From Neoechinorhynchus agilis (Eukaryota; Animalia; Acanthocephala): DNA of 64,000 bases. This document shows positions 37,480 to 47,378 of this stretch, in pieces (position 1 is the stretch's first letter; each line of letters opens with the position of its first letter). Both the position numbers and the translations under genes were made by a program. The stretch covers positions 17,400,784-17,464,783 of the forward strand of contig CM121341.1 in NCBI GenBank assembly GCA_051530055.1. Reading direction: 5' to 3'. The notes beneath the pieces are model-generated. The model was given only the letters and a program-made list of their open reading frames with translations, was not told the DNA's origin and ran no database searches.

Positions 37480-37930
37480 AAGTAGCCAGATTCGAAGAAT
37501 GTTAGATTTGACGAACAGCCGCAGCTCTAGATCACTAAGCTGCCGTATTGGTGTAACGGTCGAACGGACGGATGCAGCGTTCCCTCGTTGCACAGCCAGA
37601 CTAATGTTTTGTAGTAGGAATGCTCCTGATCTCGGATCGGCAGTGATTCGTCTAAATCTCTTGGACAATTGCTTGACCAGGTCCTGCACCGCGGTACCAA
37701 ACGATCGGAGTGTATCGACTGTAACGGTAACAAAATAACGATTTCGATTAAGGTCAAGGCGATTGCTGATCCTATTCCGGCTTAACAGCGGTGAATTTTA
37801 TATTGCTTGTGGCGAGTGTGTCCACGTAACTGGCGTCCCAGAGAAGGCATTTTCCTCGCCACGGGAATACTGTGACACCGTCCGGTCTACGGCCATCGAG
37901 TCGGCAAAGATTGCTCGGCTCTATTATGTT
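37480..37930 (-). mobile_element. CRE/RLE-type non-LTR 3' fragment (different subfamily)
   Basis: RPDGVTVFPWRGKCLLWDA and GAFLLQNISLAVQRGNAASV on the minus strand. Confidence 0.8.
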
Positions 37931-37936
37931 GGGCGC

Positions 37937-38087
37937 ATTCACAGTATTCGGGGCACGGCTTAGAATGGTTGAAGCGAAACCATCGTAATATAAAGAATAT
38001 ATTACGATGGTTTCGCTTCAACCATTCTAAGCCGTGCCCTGAATACTGTGAATGGTTGAAGCGAAACCATCGTAATATAAAGAATAT
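37937..38087. repeat. 56-bp-arm palindrome with a 5-nt loop, followed by a 38-bp direct repeat
   Basis: Arms 37937-37992 and 37998-38053 with one mismatch; 38050-38087 repeats 37963-38000. Confidence 0.9.
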
Positions 38088-38110
38088 CGTTTTTCACGCA
38101 GAACAGTACG

Positions 38111-38278
38111 CTAATAGTCCGTATAGATTATGTAGAGGGCATGGACCAATCCTGGTAAATATGCTAGTAACGTCAATAATACATTGAGCCAAACCTGATC
38201 CGTACATCCCCCTTCTTTTAGTAAGACTCCAACAGGTGGTAAAATAATGGCGATCAATGCGAGACAAATTGTGTCCAT
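38111..38278 (-). CDS. Pmp3/UPF0057 proteolipid, copy C, 55 aa
   Basis: MDTICLALIAIILPPVGVLLKEGGCTDQVWLNVLLTLLAYLPGLVHALYIIYTDY*. Confidence 0.9.
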   Translation of the reverse strand: MDTICLALIAIILPPVGVLLKEGGCTDQVWLNVLLTLLAYLPGLVHALYIIYTDY

Positions 38279-38559
38279 TGAAGTGCAAACTGTGACACTT
38301 GCAGTTTCCACGGAACAAACTGTAAGGTTAGCACTTAAATGAGTCAAACATCATGAGACTTGCTAAGATCGTTTGCACACTCATTGATGATTTCAACCAC
38401 TTAAAAATATGCCAGCGTGAAATTAGAATGGAATGATTCTATGACTTCTCAAACGTTCCATGGCGTCGAATAAGAGACGCTGAATTTCGTACATTCTAAA
38501 ATTTTAAAATGATCAATGGCATCAAACGCATAATTAAAACCATACTTCTTTTCATATTT

Positions 38560-39130
38560 TACTCGTCATTGAACCTTCGCTCTTTTCCCTCCATTTTCGT
38601 ACGTTTAACCGTTTCATATACCGATCCTTTTCTTTCCCCATATTTTATCTTCTCTTTTTCTTTTTCGACCTTTCCCTTCTTTTCCTTTCAGTGTGCCTAC
38701 TAAGCTCTGCATCCATTTACCTCCTTCCCGTTTTCCCTTTTTCAACATCCCCTTTATTTTTTCCCCTCATTTTTATCCTCCCCCTTCCAGTTTTATTCTA
38801 TCGATCTTTAGTTCGCCTAGTCTTTTAATTCTTAAATTTTTTCCCACTCGAATGAAAGTGTCGCCTTAAGCCATTTCCCTATAATTTTCTTTCTATTCTT
38901 CCCCTGGTCTACTTCTTTATCTTCCTAAACCCCTTCAAAGTTTCCGCTGATTCACATTTCTGAATTTTGTTCTATTCCAATATCACCTTTCCTACATATT
39001 TCAGATTTCCTTATCAATCTTCCCTATTTTCCCTTTTTACTTTTTTATTTCCCGTTTGCATCTCATCCTGAATTCCGCGTTGTATACCATTTCTATTTTT
39101 AAGAGTCCTCCTTGAGCCCATTCCCCGCTT
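38560..39130 (+). repeat. Low-complexity pyrimidine-rich tract
   Basis: Runs of tttt/cccc with very few G on the plus strand. Confidence 0.6.
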
Positions 39131-39363
39131 AAGCAACAATTTAATTGGCAGATTGATTAAGAAATAATTGATCTTTAGAATATTTCTGAGTTTGCTAACT
39201 TGTTTGGTCTAAATTTCCGTTAATCCTGTTAAATACTTAGATTATTCAGTTATCTCACCTCAACGCCTTTCCGAATATCCACATACGTACGGTCTAGAAA
39301 GTATCGCCGGTGAAAACATCAAAGCTTATGAACTAGTGATAAGTTTTGAAGACCGCTCGCGCA

Positions 39364-41288
39364 TCATTTATTATCATCACATACGGGGAAAAAGCTTACT
39401 TTTCGTTTTTTCTTTATTGGCGAGGCTGGCTTTTTTATCGTGGGTAGTTTAGGAGGTGATGAAAGGGGAAGTGAGGATTTTTGAGATCGTTTTTTGTTCA
39501 CAGATTTCCTCGAAACGTTTTCATTACCATCTTTGGCCACTTTTGACTCAGTCACGATATACTCTGGATGAAATATCTCGTATCTCGCGAACCTGTTCTT
39601 TACTCGTTCGTACCCACTTCCCCCAATAAGAAAAACTCCAAGACTTACGGGATTCATTCGCTTCTTTTCCTGCTTCCTGCGAGCAACCAACCATCTTTGG
39701 GTTGCTGTCATACGTTCCTTCATCTCACACATTCCATCTCCTCCTCCATCATCATCGAGATCATCATCAGAAGCGTCCGATATATAGTCATCCGGTACCA
39801 AAAAATCATTATCGTCTCCATCACTGACATCCACTTTCACAGAATCTTCATCAGATCCATCATCAGACGAACACTCGTCACCATCTTCATCATCAATTCT
39901 CAACCATTCATCTTCACTATCATTCTCATAATCAACACACATATTGTCTCTTCGAAGTGGACAGCGTCCACTAATGACATTGCTCATTCGGGTCCACGTA
40001 CCCAGATAAGCAGGACGAACTGCGTCCGGTACTCCTGAATCCAGAGCAATGAAACGAACGCGACGAATCTGAGGTCTTAAAGATACTGCAGACATAAATG
40101 TATCTTCATCACCGCCCAAATACATAACATCTTCATCATCAGGCAATTCATTAACTTCCGGAAACGTGTCTTCAGACTGTTTGGCGGCTTCTTTAAATTC
40201 GTCGAGGAAATTATGAGTCGCATGAGTAGCTCTTAAGATAATGTTTGTCAGTTGCATCTGTGAACAGCGGTTGATCGGTGCAATCCGAACTCGATCATTT
40301 TTCAAATGAAGATACCGAAATCCACACACATCTTCAATTTCATCACTCTCGCGGGGGGTTGCCACAAGAAATTTTAATAGGCTTTCTCGCTTAACATCCG
40401 ATCGACGCACATCCTTTTGCTCCTCACGCTTACGATCTTCTTCTTTTCTTCGTTTTTCCTCCTTCTCTTCTTCACGTTTCTTGCGCTCTTCCAATTTCGC
40501 TTCCTCCCGCTTCTTTTTTGCTTCTAATTTCTCCAATCTAGCCATCTCACGCTGCTCACGAATAACCTGCCTTTCTATATCCTTTAATCTCTTCTCCTCC
40601 TCCTTCCTAAGCGCTCTCTGACGCTTTTCCTCCTCCTTCTGCTCAGCCTTTGTAGACCCATTTGCCGTTTTAGTGAACTTGTCCGGATCCAACTGCTGTA
40701 GTTTACGGCGAATCTGTGCCCTTCGTCGCTTCATTAGTGCCACACGTTTCTCAGCGCCACTGATTTCATTCTCCATGCTAGTCAACTCATTCAATAACGC
40801 AATCAATTGATCGTTTTTCATCAACCACAAAGAAAATAAGAGATTTCTAATGTTTAAAAATGCTTTTGAGACGATAAATTTCAATACAATTGAAAGAAAC
40901 CACTTTCGATTTAACAAAAGAAGCTTCTTGAGAATCAACCAGTTCATAAGAGGTCATCAAATGACAGGATTTTAGCTTTTAAAACAATAAAAAAAAGATT
41001 TCGATGAGATCTATCGAGAAAAGAAATCTTAACCCGAATTCATCGATCAATTGAATGTTCTAATTTATCAAACGTTTTTTGCTTGGAATCCGCAGTCTCA
41101 AAGTCAAGGTTAGACATTGACACCGTTACCTCCTCTAAGTGATTCTTTTCCTCGATTTCACTGCTTATATCTTCGTTATCTGTGGTTTCACTAGTGCAAG
41201 AGGATGTAGACTCACTATTTAAGACAATGCACTCTCGACTGTTACCATTGTCTATCATTTCAGAGTTGTCGACGTTGTCAGATGACAT
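39364..41288 (-). CDS. CHAF1A: Chromatin assembly factor 1 large subunit (p150/Cac1); 5' exon structure unresolved
   Basis: Long K/E/R coiled coil, RPAYLGTW...ISGRCPLRRD...DYENDSEDEW (CAF1A domain), then an acidic ED tract. Confidence 0.85.
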
Positions 41289-42739
41289 CGCTAGAGAATT
41301 CAATATCTAAAAAAAGGTTGTCCGACGTCGGCGTAATTCAAAAAAATTACCCAAATGTTCAAAATAGACGACTTGGGAAACTAATTTTTTAGATTTCAAG
41401 TTGTTATGATTTCGGTCAATCCTCGACACCCGAGAAAGATCTCCGAAAACAATTTGAACTGATATAATGATTCTGATTCAACCAGTCGAAATATATGCAT
41501 CCGATTTTAACGATTCCTCTCGCGAGTTGACAAACGACCTAAATAATGCAATCCTCATTGAAATACTCAATTTGCTTATTATTATTTGGTCGCTGAAACA
41601 GCAATGATACTTGTTTATTGGAAACGTCGTAAAACTGTCCAAAGAATAATTCGAGGAATCACTTTATTTTGAAGAACCGGAAATTTCAGTCCAACCCCAC
41701 CATCTTTATATCGAAAGCAACCATTAAATGAGCAGGTAAAACCATTAAAATGCCATTCAGTCGATCAATAAAAAGTTACCATGTAAAACGTTCGAGAAAT
41801 ATTGTAAAGATATTATCAATTAGATTGTTTTCGCTAAGGCGAAGAGAAGTAAATTTATTAATATTTCGTCCTTATTTTTCCGAAAACGATTAGTACAACA
41901 CAAAGGACGAAAATTAATAAAACCAAATCATTCGTCTCCACCAATACAAATGGCAAACAATTCAGTGAAATCGATTTACGACGACGATGACTGATAGCTG
42001 ATGAAAAGCATTGATGCCGAAAGAATCAACAACCTGCAATCGAATTATTTAAACCTTCTTTGATTGAATAGGCTCGTGATCATTCAGTGGCTTCCCATCA
42101 GAACTTTTACATAGAAATTTAACGTTCCTGAAAAATAAATATTTCCTTATTTGAATTCCCGGTAGTACATATTTTCAATTGATAAAATTGGTCTTGGTCA
42201 ATATTTCGACTCACACATGAGTCTTCGTCAGGTTGTTTTTTAGGTAGATACTCACGATCACCAATTTTTATCGAATCAAATGTATTCGTCTATTTTTGCA
42301 ATACATATTTTATCGATTTGAAATATTTCACGAGGAATATAAGCAACAAACTAATTTTTGAAATATTTCTTAGCAATATCTTTTGTTTGGGGATTATGAT
42401 CACCACAATTAAAATTTTATGATCTCGAAGGATTTTCTCTTACGCCCTCGTATGTGGTTGACTAATTTTGTCATTTTAGATTCGATCGAGTATTGATTTG
42501 CTATTTTGTGCGGACTTAAATGTTTAGTCGGATTTGATGTCACGAAAAATAGAGAATATCTTCCTTTTGCCACAGTACGAGTTTCGTCAGTTTCATTTTA
42601 TAAAAATATTGATTTATATTGCATAAAAAAATCTAGTCGTCTGATTATTCCCTTGTTTTTCCATTGAATCGATGTTTTGAAAGTCATTATGTTTTTCTTT
42701 CACAAATTCCTCCTTTTCGTCCCATTCTGCAACTGTCAT

Positions 42740-42822
42740 CATGATTGTTCGGCAACTACCTTGATGGTCGCGGCATTGCCGCGTTGGATCGCCGCGCTGA
42801 TTCGCTGCTGGAGCGCAAATTT
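42740..42822 (-). mobile_element. CRE/RLE-type LINE extreme 3' tip
   Basis: Manual translation: KFALQQRISAAIQRGNAATIKVV. Confidence 0.7.
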
Positions 42823-42869
42823 AAAAAAAATCAACGCTGAAAGTGTATTTCATTAATTGTGAGTAATGA

Positions 42870-42967
42870 ATTTTCCTTGGGCACACAGGCCACCGATCTG
42901 GGTCGAAGATTAAATGATTCAATCGCTTTCCTGACCTGGATCGGTGAGCTGTGTGCCCAAGGAAAAT
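42870..42967. mobile_element. Hairpin element made of two inverted copies of a segment also found at 53331-53374
   Basis: attttccttgggcacacag..caccgatc / gatcggtg..ctgtgtgcccaaggaaaat; the arm resembles attttctttgggcac...caccgatc...caggaaagcg. Confidence 0.7.
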
Positions 42968-43627
42968 AAATGAAGTGTCTCACCAAAGTTCTGAAAATAC
43001 GAATGTGAACCCTGTATTCTTTTTATGGACCAAATTTCATTATCTCAAAGCTGTGCGGTCATAAGAACCCTAAGACTATTTTTAATTCTTTATATTTTAC
43101 ATAAAAAACAGTCTAAGGTGAAATCGCAGAAAAGTCTTGTCGAGGTTCGGAAAAGCGTATAAAAATGGCATTTTCAGGGTTCTAATATAATGGGGTCTTC
43201 CAATACAACTAAGACTATTTTGCGAATTATTATTTTCCTTTGTGAGCAACGATTCATCCTATAAAATCAAATAAATTATGAATCTTTCTAAATAAAGACA
43301 AGCACCGGAAAGATAACGTTCTCGAAAATGAACAAGTCGTATGTTTAAATTGACACATTCACTAAAAACAAATATGAATTGCTGCTTTTTTTGTGACTTT
43401 GAGAATCTGTATAGATCGTTAAAGAAGCGTGGGCCAGTAGCCATAGGTTCTTTATTAGACTTTTTAATATATCGTACAGCTCACTTGGATTTATGTTTTC
43501 AAGGTCTACGTTTATTACAGTTGGATTTCTTTCAATAACCCGTACGGCAAAAGTCCAACCGACAATCTGCAAGTATTAAACTTTCACTCTAGGTCACTTT
43601 GTTTCATCATTTGTTTCGATCTTTTAG

Positions 43628-44204
43628 ATGAGTCTTCGTCTATTTAGCCTGCTTCGTTCCCAGTTTGTCGCTAAAAACGTACCGACTAGCCGCTCGCTCT
43701 ACAATGTATTCGTATCCCATCGACCAGTAGCTCAATCAGAGATTCTCTTCGCTGGCACGGCTATCATGAGAATCTTTTGCTGATGTAAAGAATCGCAGAT
43801 CAGGAGTGTTCGCTAAAAGTCAAAAACAAGATTTTCCTCTTACATACGAACAAAAACAATGGCCTGAATTTATAGGTTATACTAAAAGCTGGAATTCTTG
43901 GAACACAAGCAATCTTAAAGATGGTAGGCTCGAAAACCGATACTATTGCATGATTACCGATTTGTTCATACGAAAATTTGTGCATGGCACATGGCCCGGA
44001 TTGTTTATAAGCGAGCTGATCATTAAACGGAGAGCTAATCTGATTTTTATTGGAGGACTATTGTTGAGAATCACTAATCCACGGCGAATATATTTTCTTA
44101 TTGGTTATACAGAGGAACTTCTGTCTCATGTGCTTAAATGCCCGGTAATAATGGAAATACAGACTGTGGAGAATAAGAAAGATGTTATTTTCCGATATTG
44201 GTGA
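43628..44204 (+). CDS. MRPS24: Mitochondrial ribosomal protein S24 (uS3m); approx. join(43628..43705,43773..44204), 169 aa
   Basis: PLTYEQ...IGYTKSWNSWNTSNL...DLFIRKFVHGTWPG...IIKRRAN...FLIGYTEELLS..LKCPV.MEIQTV; presequence MSLRLFSLLRS. Confidence 0.9.
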
Positions 44205-44460
44205 TCGCCTCATTATTGTCCGTAAACTTTGACTTAATTGTCCAAGGTTTGGCGTAGACGAGAGACGAACTGGAGTGATTGTCAGATCTTTAAATTATCA
44301 ATTATCATTATGTATTCGCAGTGGAAATTTTTCTGAAGATATATTTGAGATTTTTAATCACGTTTGTTCGAATTCTCGTTCCTCCAAGTACAACTTTAAT
44401 CCATTTTAGAGAAAACAAAGGACTCAATTTTTTGTGAACTAAAATTTTTATGTCTTGTTT

Positions 44461-44692
44461 CTTTTGGTAGTTTTGTAACCCCGGATTAATATTCAGTAAT
44501 TTATTTCCGATATTTCGTCGGATAATTCCGACATTTCCCCAAGGTTTGTCATTGTAAATAAACCTAATCGACTACATCTGAAATTAGATTTATTTACAAT
44601 GACAAACCTTGGGGAAATGTCGGAATTATCCGACGAAATATCGGCAATAAATTAGTGAATTTAAATCCCCGGGGTGGCAAAACTACCAAAAG
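44461..44692. mobile_element. Foldback/MITE family A, full-length palindromic copy (~100-bp arms)
   Basis: cttttggtagtttt...ttccccaaggtttgtcattgtaaataaa / tttatttacaatgacaaaccttggggaaa...aaaactaccaaaag. Confidence 0.85.
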
Positions 44693-44795
44693 AAAATAAA
44701 ATATTTATGTACTCTTTGAATTGGGCAAATATATTAAATGAACGTAAAAACGCAATAATTCTTTCAACAATTCGATTTGAATGCTTTTATTTCAG

Positions 44796-45664
44796 ATGAC
44801 GATGTATCGGATTTGCAACCATTTTCGTCCATTTCTTGTAAAATCTCTACGGACAACGATCTCAAGCAATGGTATCAATTCATCTTTTCAAAACCCCAGT
44901 GCAATGTTCAACCTCGAAGAGGAGTTCGATGAAAACGAGTTTTTCTCGAAAAGTCAAATACCATATCCATTGGGTTCTACTAAATTCAACTCCCAAGGAC
45001 CTTTAATTACCTTTAAGCGCTCATATCATTCCGTAAAGTTCCCTGATTTTTCTCACTATCGAAATGATAAATCGCGTGATCCAAGAAAGTGCACTGTGAA
45101 CCACGAAAATCGTATACACTCAGCTGATGCATTGTCATTGTGGTGTTTTGGTTCAACGGTTACCTTCGCCATATCCCCACAATTATAAGTTCTATTGGTC
45201 TTGGAGCGGCTGTTGGATACACGGCGAAAGCAGTAATTCACACTGTACTTGATTCACTTTTGCCATCTCCACTACAAAAGGCTGGGGCATTTAGTGAGAT
45301 CGATTTGAGTGGAATACAGGAGGGATCGGTTGTTACTGAAATGTGGAGTGGTAAACCGGTCTTTATTTGGCATCGACCTCCGAATATGATCGAGGAAGCT
45401 CGAAACACCAGTCTCAAAGTACTGCGTGATCCTCAACCAGACCAGGAAAGGACTCAAAAACCGGAATGGCTGGTGGTAGTAGCAGTTTGCACTCATCTTG
45501 GATGTATTCCGGCACCTAAGCAAGGAGATTATGGCGGTTTCTTTTGTCCGTGTCACGCTAGTCACTTCGATATGAGTGGTAGAGTCAGAAAAGGGCCAGC
45601 GCCCACTAATCTGGTCGTACCGCCATACAAATTCATCGACGACAACCGAATTTTGATCGGATAA
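44796..45664 (+). CDS. UQCRFS1: Cytochrome bc1 Rieske iron-sulfur protein; join(44796..45142,45190..45664), ~273 aa
   Basis: PDFSHYR, WSGKPVFIWHR, CTHLGC, FFCPCHASHFD, GRVRKGPAPTNL; 47-nt GT-AG intron. Confidence 0.95.
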
Positions 45665-46214
45665 ATGCTTCTTAGTTCGCAATATATTTTAATATACTCT
45701 AAATTTTGAAAAAAAATCCATGTCATCTTTTGTTCGCCAAGTAGATCATTGTGACTTAACTTTTTGCATGACACCTTCAACAGTTTTAGTTTTTAACAAT
45801 TATTATTGTACTACGTTCAAACCCTTCTGTGCCCCACAAAAGTGAATTCTAACCTAAGTGTAAAAATAACAAAAATCATAAACTAGGAAATCATCTCCTT
45901 TTTACTATTGCTTTTCATGTCGTCCAACTAAATTAACAGCCCTAACGCTCGTATCATTGATATATTTTCGCTTTAAAGCATCAAAATGGATTAAAACCTC
46001 AGTGGAAAATATTTTAAATTTAGAACGCTTTGAAACTTTTTTTTCGATGCATAATGATTTCGCCGTACTGGTTTAGCTTTCCAAGGCATCGCTTGGAATC
46101 ACGGTAGTCTTTCTGAACGGAATTAAGCATTTGTCTGTTTATTGCTAAAAAAATTAGGACCTAAGGGAAAATGCCAGTAACTTTCATGAGTGAAGTAACG
46201 AGCTGTTTTTCAGA

Positions 46215-46810
46215 CATAAAGATAGGCTGGCAAAATCAGACGAGACGGTGAAAGCCTCTCTCGAGAAAATTTAAAATACTCAGCTGTCGGACGAGGCCTT
46301 GCGTCAAGCGTCCTTGTCTGTGTCGTCCGGCGGTTTGGGTATCCGAAAAGCAGCTGATATTTCTCTGTCAGCTTATTTGGGAAAGTATGAAGCAAGCTAC
46401 AAAATAGTTCAGTCTTTTCTTGGCAAGAATTATACTTCGGATTGAGATTTCGTGGAGCTCTCATTTTTTGGTGTGGAGATTCAGGCAGCGAGCAAGTATT
46501 AGTCAATGGTTGCAAACAATCAGTTTGGGACTCACCCCTGCTATCGAGAATTCATAACTCTTTAATTTCAGACTCTCGTAACCTGGTGAACCGAACTCGA
46601 TTAGCAACAGTCTCTACAAGAGAATCGTGTGCTTGGCTCGACGCTATCTCAATCGCTTCTGTGGGTACCCTTCTCTCGGACGATACAGTAAGGATTGCAG
46701 TGTCCCTGAGACTTGGGGTTTACAATGTGTACATTCCATCGTTGCCGTTGCGGAGCGACCGTGGAACCATCGGGACGCCACGGTCTGATTCCGACCGGTG
46801 GTGTGAATGA
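46215..46810 (+). mobile_element. CRE/RLE-type LINE internal fragment (end of RT/thumb region)
   Basis: RTRLATVSTRESCAWLDAISIASVGTLLSDDTVRIAVSLRLG, homologous to 24104-24478; upstream LASSVLVCVVRRFGYPK region (LP...GGLG-like, decayed). Confidence 0.75.
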
Positions 46811-47378
46811 TCTAACGTGTTGTACAAGTACTTATTATACTTCTTGATTTTTATTTATACAATAATTTTATTATCGACCTCAGTGCGATCACAAGAACAT
46901 GAGATTTTGATTAAAATTCTATATCAGAGGATTTTTAAACTGATCCGTACTTTTTCACCACTGTAAGGTTGTTAGTACTGATTTGCTTTTATGACTTGGA
47001 GTATAGAAATACGGAACCAAAGCAATTTTTGTTTGGTGATGAGAAATATAGATTGACTTATTGATTCCCTTTCACAATATTTCGCCCGTCTCGTTGGACT
47101 TCATTGTGAAAGGGAATCAATAACTCGCAAAGGCCTGAGATTACTATGCGAAGCTGATTGATATGACAACAAAGAATATGGATTCAAAAACTAATTCATT
47201 ATCCGTTTGCTGTATCAGGGATTTCATTGAATATTAATTACCGTTATAATCGTGGGGCAACTCTTAAGATTGCTGCACAGTTCATTCCAATGATTCTGCA
47301 GATCCTCCTTTTTTACCATGACAATGAAAGTTTTTCAGATTAGGTTGTACAATCGATACGGATCGACCATTTATAGTC

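Noticed and set aside
40800-41060. Hairpin AAGATTTC/GAAATCTT as another clamped intron in CHAF1A
   Set aside because: The N-terminal region is unconserved, so no exon join could be justified.
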